NCBI RefSeq assembly: GCF_009914755.1
Contig: NC_060927.1
DNA: 64,000 bases
Reading direction: 5' to 3' (one strand)
Origin: the human T2T-CHM13v2.0 reference genome, Homo sapiens
Shown here: positions 14,869 through 29,278 of the stretch, piece by piece
How positions within the stretch are numbered: the first letter of the stretch is position 1
Layout of the letters: each line of letters opens with the position of its first letter
Position numbers and translations under genes: made by a program
The notes under the pieces: generated by a model
Databases searched by the model: none
Told to the model about the DNA's origin: nothing
The model's input: only the letters and a program-made list of their open reading frames with translations

Positions 14869-15698
14869 TCAAGTCCCCTTCATCCCTAGGATGCAAGGCT
14901 GGTTCAACATATGCAAATCAATAAACATAATCCATCACACAAAGAGAACCAATGACAAAAACCATATGATTATCTCAATAGATGCAGAAAAGCCCTTCAA
15001 TAAAATTTACACCCTTCTTGCTAAAAACACTCAATAAACTAGGTATTGATGGAACATATCTCAAAATAATAAGAGCTATTAATGACAAACCCATAGCCAA
15101 TATCATACTGAATGGGCAAAAGTTGGAAGCATTCCCTTTGAAAACTGGCACAAGACAAGGATGCCCTCTCTCACCAGTCCTATTCAACACAGTATTGGAA
15201 GTTCTGGCCAGGGCAATCAGGCAAGAGAAAGAAATAAAGGGTGTTCAAACAGGAAGAGAGGAAGTCAAATTATCTCTGTTTGAACATGACATGATTGTAT
15301 ATTTAGAAAACCCCATTGTCTCAGCCCAAAATCCCCTTAAGCTGACAAGCAACTTCAGCAAAGTCTCAGGAGACATAATCAATGTGCAAACATCACAAGC
15401 ATGCTATACACCAATAATAGACAAACAGAGAGCCAAAATACGAGCAAACTCCCATTCACAATTGCTACAAAGAAAATAAAATACCTAGGAATACAACTTA
15501 CAAAGGATGTGAAGGACCTCTTCAAGGAGAACTACAAACCACTGCTCAAGGAAATAAAAGAGGACACAAACAAATGGAAAAACATTCCGTGCTCATCAAT
15601 GGGAAGAATCAATATTGTAAAAATGGCCATACTGCCCAAAGTAATTTATAGATTCAATGCTATTCCCATCAAGCTGCCATTGACTTTCTTCACAGAAT

Positions 15699-15960
15699 TG
15701 TTCTCACTCATAGGTGGGAATTGAACGATGAGAACACACGGACACAGGAAGGGGAACATCACACTCTGGGGACTGTTGTGGGGTCGGGGGATAGCATTAG
15801 GAAATATACCTAATGCTAAATGACGAGTCAATGGGTGCAGCACACCAGCATGGCACATGTATACATATGTAACTAACCTGCACATTGTGCACATATACCC
15901 TAAAACTTAAAGTATAATAATAATAAAAAAAGAAAAAGAAATATTCCCAAGGGGCATAAA
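15699..15960 (+). mobile_element. Young L1 (L1PA3-like) 3'UTR fragment with poly(A), nested in older L1 ORF2
   Basis: tgttctcactcataggtgggaattgaac...aaaacttaaagtataataataa; the host ORF2 resumes at aaaaaactactttaaa. Confidence 0.9.
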
Positions 15961-16799
15961 AAAAAACTACTTTAAATTTCATATGGAACCAAAAAAGAGT
16001 CCGCATAGCCAAGACAATCCTAAGCAAAAAGAACAAAGCTGGAGGCATCATGTTACCTGACTTCAAACTATACTACAAGGCTACAGTAACCAAATAGCAT
16101 GGAACTGGTATCATTCAACCTAAATCATTTCATCACATTTCACTGATCCAACAGTATCCTCTTTTGGGCCCTCATGGTGTTGTAACTTTGAAATATATTC
16201 CATTTAGAACCTTTTGTATGTGTATATAATTTCTTTTCCTCTTTTTTCTGGTTAGGTTATGTATGATTGGTTATTTTCATCAAATTTTCAGGCTATTTAT
16301 ATACAATAAGCTTTGTTTTTCTATAAATCTCCCCATTTTCCAAGCCAGCTCTCTCTAACTTCCAAATGATGACAGAATAAATGGTTACTGACACTGCTAC
16401 GCAGGTTTTACAGAGAGAACCACATTGACTGCAAGCCCATTTTCTGAAGTCTGCTATGGAAACAGTTACCAAATACTTCTAAATAACGTCTTGATTTTTT
16501 TCAAGGGCATCTAAAGCATTTTGGCCTTGATTCATTTTTATTTGTTTCAGCAATATTGTTTTCTAGGCTACTTCTTATCAGTTATCTGTGAGAGAAAGTT
16601 CCATTTTATTTTCTTGGGTAAATTTTTCCCATAATTAGATTCTTATCAAACCATATGGAGAATTCCCTCAGAATTATATGCATAATGATTGCAAATTATT
16701 TTTACTGCATTTCATTTTAAATGTCATTTTCACATTTTCCTGGTATTTCTAAGTATATTACCATAGACACACTTTAAGGGCTTTTTAAGCTTACATAAT

Positions 16800-17116
16800 G
16801 TTTTGGGGTTTGTTTTGTTTTGTTTTGTTTTTTGAGACAGAGTCTCACTCTGTTGCCCAGGGTGGATGGAGTGCAGTGGCGTGATCTCGGCTCACTGCAA
16901 CCTCTGCTGCTTGGTTCAAGCAATTCTCCTGTCTCAGCCTCCCGAGTAGCTGGGATTACAGGCACCTGCCACTGCGTCTGGCTAATTTGTGAAGTTTTAG
17001 TAGAGACGGGGTTTCACCACCTTGGCCTGGTTGGTCTTGAACTCCTGACCTCGTGATCCACCTGCCTCGGCCTCCCAAAGTGCTGGGATTACAGGTGTGA
17101 GCCACCCTGCTGGGCC
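16800..17116 (-). mobile_element. AluS
   Basis: TSD TAAGCTTACA(T/C)AAT at 16786-16799 and 17117-17130. Confidence 0.95.
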
Positions 17117-18110
17117 TAAGCTTACACAATCTCACAAGGAAAATATTTTCTAAATCTTCTCTGGACGTCTCTTTATTCTCCGCTATAACTCACTGGGCAC
17201 CAGTTCCTTGTTTATTCCATAATGTCTCATTTCAGATCCAGAATTCATTTCACTAGAAGGCAACGTAGAAAACAGTCTATTTTTAAAGACACTGGGATAG
17301 TGCTCCTTATTTAAAAAGAACAAAACAAACAAAAAAACAAGTGATGTTCAAAATTAAGCAGGAACAAAAATCCAATTTTCCAATGAGAGAGAAAGTAAAT
17401 ATACATGTAAATATTCCAAGAAGAAGCCATACATGGAATTATGATATATTCCTATCAAAATGTCCCGTGGAGAGTGGAGAAGGAAAGATGGAGAATTCCA
17501 GGGAGCAAAAGTAGGCTGGAAACACAAAAGCAAAAGGCAAGAAGAGAGTAAAAGATGTAGAACTAAGGTAGGACTGGCTCTCTGCTTAGGGCAACCACTA
17601 TTTGTTACTGTCCCCTGTGGAAACTTCCTCAGCTATTCATAGATTGGAGCAAACTCTAATCTACATGTTGCAACAACCTGGCTTTGTATATTTACACTGA
17701 ATTTTGTTAGTCTAGTTGTTAATGATAATTTGTAAGAACCAAATCATAATGATATCAAAGTGTGCTCTCTTTCAATTCTTTTTGTTTTCTAATGAAATGT
17801 TTTTTCTGTCCATTGTAACTTCCTTTTGATCATCTAATGCCAGACAGGCTAACCAGCAATTTCCTTAGCAATTATGATTAGCATATTATTAAGAATAAAT
17901 ATCATGCTCCTGCAATAAATAAGCAATCATGAAGATAAACTTGGGAGCAGAGAGGTTGTTGACAGTTCGTCAAACCTTCAACTGATTATAAATTCTGCTG
18001 TAACCAGCATTGCAGATTAAAGAGTGAGTATGGTCAGACGCTTCTTTCTTGCTGTGTTGTGCCTGGCTGTCATAAGAAATCTTGGAGCTAAATTTGTCCT
18101 TCTCTACGGC

Positions 18111-18164
18111 TGCACCTAAATATAATAGAAAAGTTAGTGCACCTAAATATAATAGAAAAGTTAG
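18111..18164. repeat. Perfect 27-bp tandem duplication (TGCACCTAAATATAATAGAAAAGTTAG)x2
   Basis: Units 18111-18137 and 18138-18164 are identical. Confidence 0.95.
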
Positions 18165-18324
18165 CAGTGCCATTTACTTTTAATTTCTTTCCTCTTTAAA
18201 ATGTTATCATCGTTTATGGATTCTTGCAGTTAAACAAAACCCTCAAATTTTAAATATGAAGGTTAAATTCTTAAATTATAGTCCCAATTTAACAATGCTG
18301 CAATTATAGCTGAGATCATATTCT

Positions 18325-18625
<301 letters not shown>

Positions 18626-19389
18626 GCTGAGATCATATTCTATCTTCTGTCACTCAAAACTTTAGCAAACTTTGTATCTTTTTACCTTCAATTGTATCCA
18701 ATTCATAAGATGAAAAATGTTAAATTAAGAATAAGAACAGAACAGTTTGTTTTCATTATTTCTCCAGAGAGTTGGCTGATTTGATTACTTGATTGTAGGA
18801 GGCATCAGTGGAGTTAAAATTATTCCACGTGAGGCCACTAAAGAAAAGGAAAAAAAAGTCAGTTGAGACTAAGTCAAGTCTTTAAGAATAACTTGAGGTG
18901 GAAAGATAGAATAATTATAATTATAGCAGTTACCACTCTAGTCCTAAGTTCATTACATGCACTGTTACAGTCCTCATTTTCTAGATGATACAGAAGCCTA
19001 GTGACATGAGGGCAGTAGTCCCAGATCTATTAGGCTCTGGCAAAATCAGGAGAGATGAGAGTTACTTATAATCTGGAAAACAGTTTAATTTCGAATGAAA
19101 GTGTCCAGATTCCAGTTTCCCAAGAAGGTTATGCACTGGGTTTTCAAAAAAACTACTTTAAAGTCAAAATTTTAGACCCAAGATTGGAAACCACTGGCAA
19201 TGTTTTTTTAAAACAACTTTATGGAGGTGTAATTGATGCACAATATACTGCACATATCAAGCTATAAAAAAAAAGAATAACTCAAAGCATCATTTTAACC
19301 TAATCTTTATAAGGATAAAAGAATTGTTTAAGAAGTAACCAATGCTATGAAATGAAACACATTCAACTTTCTCAAAGTTAATTTCTAAA

Positions 19390-19530
19390 CAATTAATTAC
19401 ATATATAAGTATGTATATTATATCATACTATATATTATATGTAAATATATTTAATATATAATTTAATTATGATATAATTTTATATATTACATCATATATT
19501 TAATTACATGTAATTAAATTATATACATAT
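19390..19530. repeat. AT-rich low-complexity tract
   Basis: Degenerate (TA)n. Confidence 0.75.
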
Positions 19531-19774
19531 GCAAAAGTGGAAAATAATTCTTTCTTAACTACAGTGTAGTTCTGGTCTTAACCCTAATTCACTAGGGCAT
19601 TGATGGAACCTAATTCAGGAGAGACTACAGAAAAAGATTCTGCCCCATCCTACCATGTTTTCTTCTTCTATTTCCTCTCATCTGTACAAGTTTATGCCAT
19701 ATCATCACTTCTTGAGTCAAGGCTGAGGCAGTAATTTCAGAGAATTTTCACCCTTTCAAGGTTTATACCATAGT

Positions 19775-20900
19775 TACTTATTCAGCAAACATTTTTTGAG
19801 AATCCAGTGCATGCCTGGCAGTAATGAAGCCAAATATGGCCTCTGTTCCCAGGGAGCATACAGTCTCACTAGGAAGACAGATACTAACCAAGTACAAGTA
19901 TGATGCATATTACACAGGAAAAGTCCAGAGTACAGTCTGTGGAGTCATGGAAGGCATTTCTAAGAAAAAGATATGTAAGGTGAAGCCTAAATGATATAAG
20001 ATGAAAGGTGGAAAGAAAGAGCATTCCCGCCAGGAGAATTGCTTGTGCAAAGGCCTGAGAGAGGAACTGACAGAAAATCAGCATGGCTGAATTAAGGGAG
20101 TAAATGAGACATAAAGAGGCTGGAAAGACAGGCAGAGCCCTGTAGGCAATGTGAGAGATCATGAGTTTGACTCATAGGTATGGACAAGGGGAAGTCACTG
20201 ACAGATTTTAAGCTGTGCATTGTGAAAAGATTACTCTGAGTGCAGCGTGGAGACTATGGGAAGAGAGAGCAAAGGCCGGGCACAGTAGCTGGGAGAGGCC
20301 AGTTTAGGAGGCTATAGCAATAGTCTTGGTCAATTTGATATCTTAGAATAGGGCGACGGTAATAATGTTACAGAGAAGTGGATGGGTGCCACGGTATATT
20401 TAGAAAAATTGGTAAAACTTGTGGACTGAACAGATGTGAGCAGTAAAGACTCCAGGAGAACAGACACTTGAGAGTTGGGGATACCAGGTAATTAAGGAGT
20501 AAAGATCTGAATTCCTGCAGAAGTTACAGAGGAGAGACAGCCCAGGGTTGGTGAAATGTGCCTCCCTCCCCCACACACAGTAGGTGTACCTGGTGTTCTT
20601 TCAATAGGTTTACTTGGTGCTCTTTACTGTCACCATCTCTTGTTCCTGACCTGAAAAAATGAGGATTATATACCTATGAGGAGATGGGTAATAAATACAG
20701 CAATAAATAAATATATGTCAGATCATGATTGCTAAAAAGAAAAAGAGGGGTGAGGTGAAAGATAACTGAAAGATTTTGGTTCTGGCCTGAGAAGCTAGAA
20801 TTGCTATGAACTGAAATGGAGAAGAATGTGGGAGGATCAGGTATGGAGGGAACACCCAGAGGTTCAGCTTTGGATATCAAGAGGAGTTTGGTTTTATCCA
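19775..20900 (-). mobile_element. L2 fragments
   Basis: ttattcagcaaacatttttga 3' end signature followed by purine-rich L2 body motifs (tgtgcaaaggcctgag). Confidence 0.7.
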
Positions 20901-22213
20901 TGATACAGGATTCTATGCGGCTGTTAATAAGAATGAGGTAGTTCCAAATAGCTCCAATATTTCTTAAGAAAGAAAAGCCAATCATAGAAGAATTTGTATC
21001 CTAAAATCTCAGTTTTGTTAAAATATATACATATATGCATCTTTCATATAGACATTCATATGCATGAAAATACATAGAATAATATCTGCGAAAAAGTGTT
21101 AATGGTGTTATTTATAGGAAGTGGAAGGGATGAAGAGAAAAAAATGAGGTGTTTTACATCTTATGCTCTGATCTTATGTATTTTAATTTTCTCCAATAAA
21201 AAATGCACTCACATAATTTTTTTAATTTCATAAAACAAACTAAAAAGATAGAATTCACTAAGAAAATGAATAGCATAAGAACTACTAAAGTTACAGCATC
21301 AGACTGAAAGGCAGTGACCCATTACAGACTCAGAGAATTCGGTTCCCCTTACTGAGCTAGAAGAAAGATTAGACATCAAATTCTAAATTTTAGTAAGAAG
21401 AAAAACTGTTTCAAGGAACCTTGAGAAATCTAAATCAGATATGAGTGTCAGAAATTCAGCCCTCAGAAATGAAAAGGATATCCCTGAGGCAAAACCACAG
21501 GAAACACAGACAGGGTCACAAAAGGATGTGGAACTTTTAGACCATGTCAGGGATTCTATTTAGGGCAAAACAGGCAACCAATCTTGGAAGTCCATGCCCA
21601 AAGGTCAGCTTTCCTAAGATGGTTATGCTGTCAATGGTTCCTTTCCATACCTATCATATGCTACTTGTAATTCTGAATCATACATCAGATTTCCTTACAT
21701 CAATTGGTTATAAAACTGCTATTGCCTATATTTTACTTTGGGGGAAAAGGATAAGAAAAATAAGATACAGTAGGTGCCTCTGATATATTAGCCACTGGGC
21801 TAGAATATTACGTAGTCAATTTAGTTAAGCAACTAGCAGACTCAGGAAATGTGTTTGTAAAACTCTTACATGAAAACATATTTTAAGTGCAGAACAAAGA
21901 GCTCCAGGGCAAAGACTATGGCTCATTTTTCTTTGTTTCCTTGGTTCCTAGCAAAGGACTAAGCACCAGATGACTAGTGTTAGATAAATGTTTATGGGTT
22001 GATTGGACAAGCAAGAAGAGATCATTCAGGGGAGCCCTGTAAATAAATCTTGTAGATCCTATAAATCAAGAATAAGTAAAAGGATTCCTCTGAGCACACA
22101 ATATATGCCATGCACGAATCTAGATCTTTTATATATATCACTTTACTTAATCCTCACAGCAACACAATTCAGGTAGATTTTATTAGCTTAAAGATGAGAA
22201 AACTGAAGCCCAG

Positions 22214-22626
22214 TGATGTAGTTTGGATGGGTGTCCCTGCTCAAGTCTCATGTTGAAGTATAATCCCCAGTGTTGGAGGTGGGGCCTGGTGGGAGGTGAT
22301 TTGATTATGGGCGCAGATTTCTAATGAATGATTTAGCACCCTCTGCTTTGGTACTGTTCTGGTGATAGTATGTTCTTGTGAGGTCTCATAGTTTAAAAGT
22401 GTACAGCACCTCCCCCCTTGCTCTCTTGCTCTTGCTTCTGCCATGTAAAGTGCCTGCTCCGGCTTTGCCTTCTGCCATAAGTAAAAGTTCCCTGAGGCCT
22501 CCCCGAAGCAGGTGCCAGCATACTTCCTCTGTAGCCTGTAGAACCATGAGCCAATTAAACCTCTTTTCTTATAAATTGTCCAGTCTCAGGTATTTATTTA
22601 CAGAAATGCAAGATTGGCCTAATACA
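22214..22626 (+). mobile_element. MaLR solo LTR (MST/THE1 family) inserted in a MIR
   Basis: TG...CA termini, ttggaggtggggcctggtgggaggtgatt core, ATTAAA signal, 5-bp TSD CCCAG at 22209-22213 and 22627-22631. Confidence 0.92.
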
Positions 22627-23419
22627 CCCAGTGATAGTGACTTTCCAGTGACCATTTTGGTCATCAGTAATGCTAGATTAAGCCAAAACTCCCTGACTCC
22701 AAACTCCATGGTCTTTTCCCTCTAGCCCAGCACCTGTCCCAAAAAATCATTTGGTAATAGTATAGAGGAAAAAACTCTAATATATTTGCTTTGTATATTT
22801 GAATTGTATATGTCTCATATGCTTAAGGAGTATATGGTTATATCCATATTTTTCTTTTAGTGGACATTGACTTTCAGTTTACACCATGGTACAGGAGAAC
22901 CAGTCTACCCTTCAAAAGTTTTGTTTTGTGTTGTTTTTCATGTGACTATTCAAAGTTTACACTAGAGGTGGTCTATAAACTGTTTATAGATAGCTCTACC
23001 CGGATTTTACCTAAAATAATTCAAAGTACGCTACCCAAACCTCAGGATTTTGCCTCTCATATAAGGAAGTGCAAGGCTCTCTAGTGACTGCTGAGTTTCC
23101 AGTCAGCTCTCTCTCCAGCACCCCACAACTATGCAAGCCTTCTTCTGCTTCTCAGATGGCTCACCCAGCACCATTAGCTCTTAGCAGCTCACCTCACCCC
23201 AACTTCCAGCAGGTGGAAGTTACCTGAACATCTTGTCATCACATCCACAAGCCCACTTGTATCTGCACCCACCCCTCTCCTGTTTCATACCTCTTACTAG
23301 TGGCCAAGCATCCCTCTCTCTGTGCTTCAGGTCTCACCCCCACCCTCCCTAGCCTTCTCAGGAATCTTGACAAAAATGGTTAATGGCTAAACCCCTCTCC
23401 TATATCTCCAACCTAGCTA

Positions 23420-24187
<768 letters not shown>

Positions 24188-25223
24188 AATAATAGAGTTG
24201 CAAAACTATCTGCAAAGCAGCTGACAGATAAAGGGTGTAGGAAATTCACAGGAAAGTAAATCCGAATGTTCAACAAGCATTAAAAGCTGCTCCAAATCAT
24301 TACTAGACAAAGAAATGGAAATTAAAGAATAATGTAGTTCCAACTTATGTCCAAAAACTGAAAACTATATGAAAGCTATAAGATTGTAAGTGAATTATAA
24401 AGCTACCACAATGTTTAAAGCATGGAACTAGTAGAAGAATAAACAGAAAGATAAATAGAACAGAACATCTAGAAATATGTTCAGATAGCTGAAAGAGTAT
24501 GAAATAAAGTTAACATTTAAATTTAAAATTAGTGGTGCTTCCTTTAGAAGTCCAGGAGAGTCAGGGGGAAAGGGGCAGAATTTTGGAGGATTACACAATT
24601 AAGATTATCACATGAGACCAATAATGTCCATGAGCAAAGTAAACTTTCTCTGTATGCCACCAACAGAATATAGCTCAGGTCCTCTTGGCTAAAGATGGGT
24701 CATGTCCTCGCCAATGCCAGTCAGCCAGAGAGGAGAGACTAAAGACCCCCAATGAATTCAGGTGTCTCATGAGTCTCTCCTGCGGCTGGAGAGTACAAAG
24801 TCCTGCCTTCCCTGAGAATGTTGGGGTGACTAAGCTGGTAGACTTAAGATGGCTTCAGCCACAGGCATTGACAGTAACATAACTCTGACAAAGAACCTGA
24901 GCAGGTCAGAAAGTGCAACATAGTCCCTGGAAGCTTCCTCTATACCTGACACTAAAAGGTATCTCTCCCTTGTGCAGGCTCAGATATATGAGGTTCAACA
25001 ACTGGTTGGTGAGTCTCAATGTATTAAAAGCACTACTAAAAATACAAAATAAAAAGTCAGTTGCAAAATATGAATTATTTGATAAATTATATTGGTATAA
25101 GAACATTTAGGGAAAAATGGTGTTAGATCTTTATTTCACATAATACATCAAAATTATTTTTAGATAAACTCATGATTTCAATATTAAAAATGGAAACATA
25201 AATATACCATAAAATATATAGAC

Positions 25224-25253
25224 GTGTGTGTGTGTGTGTGTGCGTATGTGTGT
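25224..25253. repeat. (GT)n microsatellite
   Basis: Read directly. Confidence 0.85.
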
Positions 25254-25305
25254 AGTCTTAAACATATACTCTTGGGGTAGAAAGCCTTTATAATCTATAG
25301 CACTA

Positions 25306-25646
<341 letters not shown>

Positions 25647-27236
25647 ACACACACATACACAAAGAAAAAAATCATAATTTTAACTACACAAAAACAAAAA
25701 TCAAAAGTTTTGTGTATGAAAGGTATCTATGACAAGTCAATATAGTAAGAGTTGTTGAAAAAAACTAAGTTGAATTTTAGCTCACTTTTTACAGGAAAAT
25801 GAAATCTAGATATATTAAATAAATGAGAAAAGCACTAGGAGAAAATATAAATGAATACATGGTATTTCTGTAAGAAAGGATTTTCTAAGAATGATTTTTA
25901 AAACAATAATTATAAAGTAAAATATTGATATAATTGACTACTTACAACTTCAAAACTTCTCTATTCACACGAAAAGAATGTGTACAAAACAATGTGTGCT
26001 AAATGTGTACAAAACTTAAAAGTAAAATGAAAATTACTAAAGAAGATGCCACATATAGGACAAAAATGTATTAATACATTTAATACATAATAGTGAATAT
26101 CTGAATTTTAAAATCAGCAATGACACTAACAGGCAATTCACAACAGAAAAATAAGAAATGGTCAATACATAGTTGGAACGTGTTTGCTCTTGCTAGAAAG
26201 TAAATGCAAAATAAAACAGTAATGGTGCATATATTACTTTATAACATTCAAATGTTGGTAAGATTTATAGGGAAATAGACTCTTATGCAGTAGAAGTGTA
26301 AACACATACAGCTTTTCACCCAGCAACGCTATTTCTAGGGATCTGATATAAGAAACTAATCAAGGATATAAACAAAAAGTTAGCTATAAAAAGCTTATTA
26401 TAGCACTAAATATAGGAGAAAATTTGGTAATAATATAAATATTAACAATACAAATTTTTAATCTATCAAGGTATATCTGTATAATAAAATATGATATAGT
26501 CAGCAAAATTGTCACATTGACCTGTTTATTGACATGGAAGTTAATCTACATGTTACTGAGTAAAAAAGCATATTACCAAACATCAATATATATGTAAATC
26601 TTTATGAGTATATATACATTGATGAATATCTAGAACTGTGTTATTAATATTATTAACTAGTCATTTTTTAGCATACCTCATGACTGTCTTAATATTTTGG
26701 CCAGTGATTATCTCTGGACAGTGAGAATTAAAGTGATAGTTTTACTTTCTTCTTTTTACTTTTCTGTACTGTTGGAATATTTTACAACGCCCCTGTTTCA
26801 TCTTTAGAAAACTACTAACTGTATTGAAAAACAGTAAAGACTACATGGTTCCAATATCATAAAAATGCATGCATATAGGTATAGAAAAAAGAGACAAGAA
26901 AAATATATATTAAAATGTTAAAAGTGGTTTCTCCAGATAATAGGATTCTAACGGGGGAGTTTTTAAAATCAGTACTTCCTAAATTTTTTACAATGAACAT
27001 GTATTGCTTTTATAATGAAAAAATTATTCTTATTATTATTATTAGAAACAAAAATCATTCTTGAACGCATTCAGCTTCTCTTGATTTAGGAAAATCTGCC
27101 TGGACAAGCTTCATTCCTTGCACAATGGAAGATATTGGACTAGATGACTGCTAAGTTTCCTTCCAGTTCTTACATTTAAGTATTCTGAATAAAGTCATGC
27201 TGTACACTTTTAGATTGGAGTCTTATTGGAAAATTA

Positions 27237-27642
<406 letters not shown>

Positions 27643-28633
27643 TGTTGGTACTCTTCACCTATTATTTTATCCAAAATTATGCCACAGAAATAAAAATTCT
27701 TTTAAAATAGCTATGAATAAAATATATAAGGGGGTAAAGATGAAGTGAGGATGAGGAGAAGGGAAGGAGGGAAAGGGAAAGAAAGGAAGAGAAAGAAAGA
27801 GAAAAGTAATGACCGGGTTTCAGAGAAGCCTAAGCAATGTTCCCTTCTCTCAGGAGTTTTATAAGTGGTCACCAAAATCTAAATAGCTGGTATTCAGAAC
27901 ACCTCAGAAAAGGATGTCACATAGCACTACCTGTAGAAGTGAGAGTGCTTCAGACATGCCATGCACAGTACTGTTAGTTATGTCTCACTGCACGCTTGTG
28001 GATAAATGAATATTCTAAGCTCAAGTTTCAAGACAAGAATAAGAGCAAAGTGATTTGGTTAAAACACCGGATAGCAGTCTGAGCTCGAGGTGGGGTCATT
28101 CCCACCAAGCTGCAGAATCTTCCAAAATGACTGGAAGGCCTCCTCTCTCTGCATAAAACTACAACTCTGTGGCATTCCCTATTTCGGCAGATTAATAATA
28201 GAGCTTGCTCTGCACTTTGTTGTGGAAACCTTACTAATTCTGCTGGTAAATGCCTGAGCATGACATAGTGAGGAGCAGGGTCAATAACTGAACTGTCTAC
28301 TTTTGATTGATTTGAATTTCATCTTTTCTTTTATGCTTGATATGCACCTGTACAGATACATGCACATATATAACGCTCTGTATCATTGCATATGTTTTGA
28401 ATGTTGATGATTTAGTGAATGAAATGTAATTTAATTATAAATGGAAATAGGTTTAACGTTGCTGACTAGAGAGATCCTTACAACTTTACAACTAAAAAAG
28501 TGTATTATTATGAACTACACATTTCAAAAAACTACTTTTAAAATAACCCCAAGCCTAGTTATCTTATTTGCATTTAAATAAAGACAATATCTATAAAATA
28601 TCTTAGGAAAACTAATTTAATTTATATACATAT

Positions 28634-28920
<287 letters not shown>

Positions 28921-28951
28921 AATTTCAATATTTGTAAAATTTTTAATCTGA

Positions 28952-29278
<327 letters not shown>

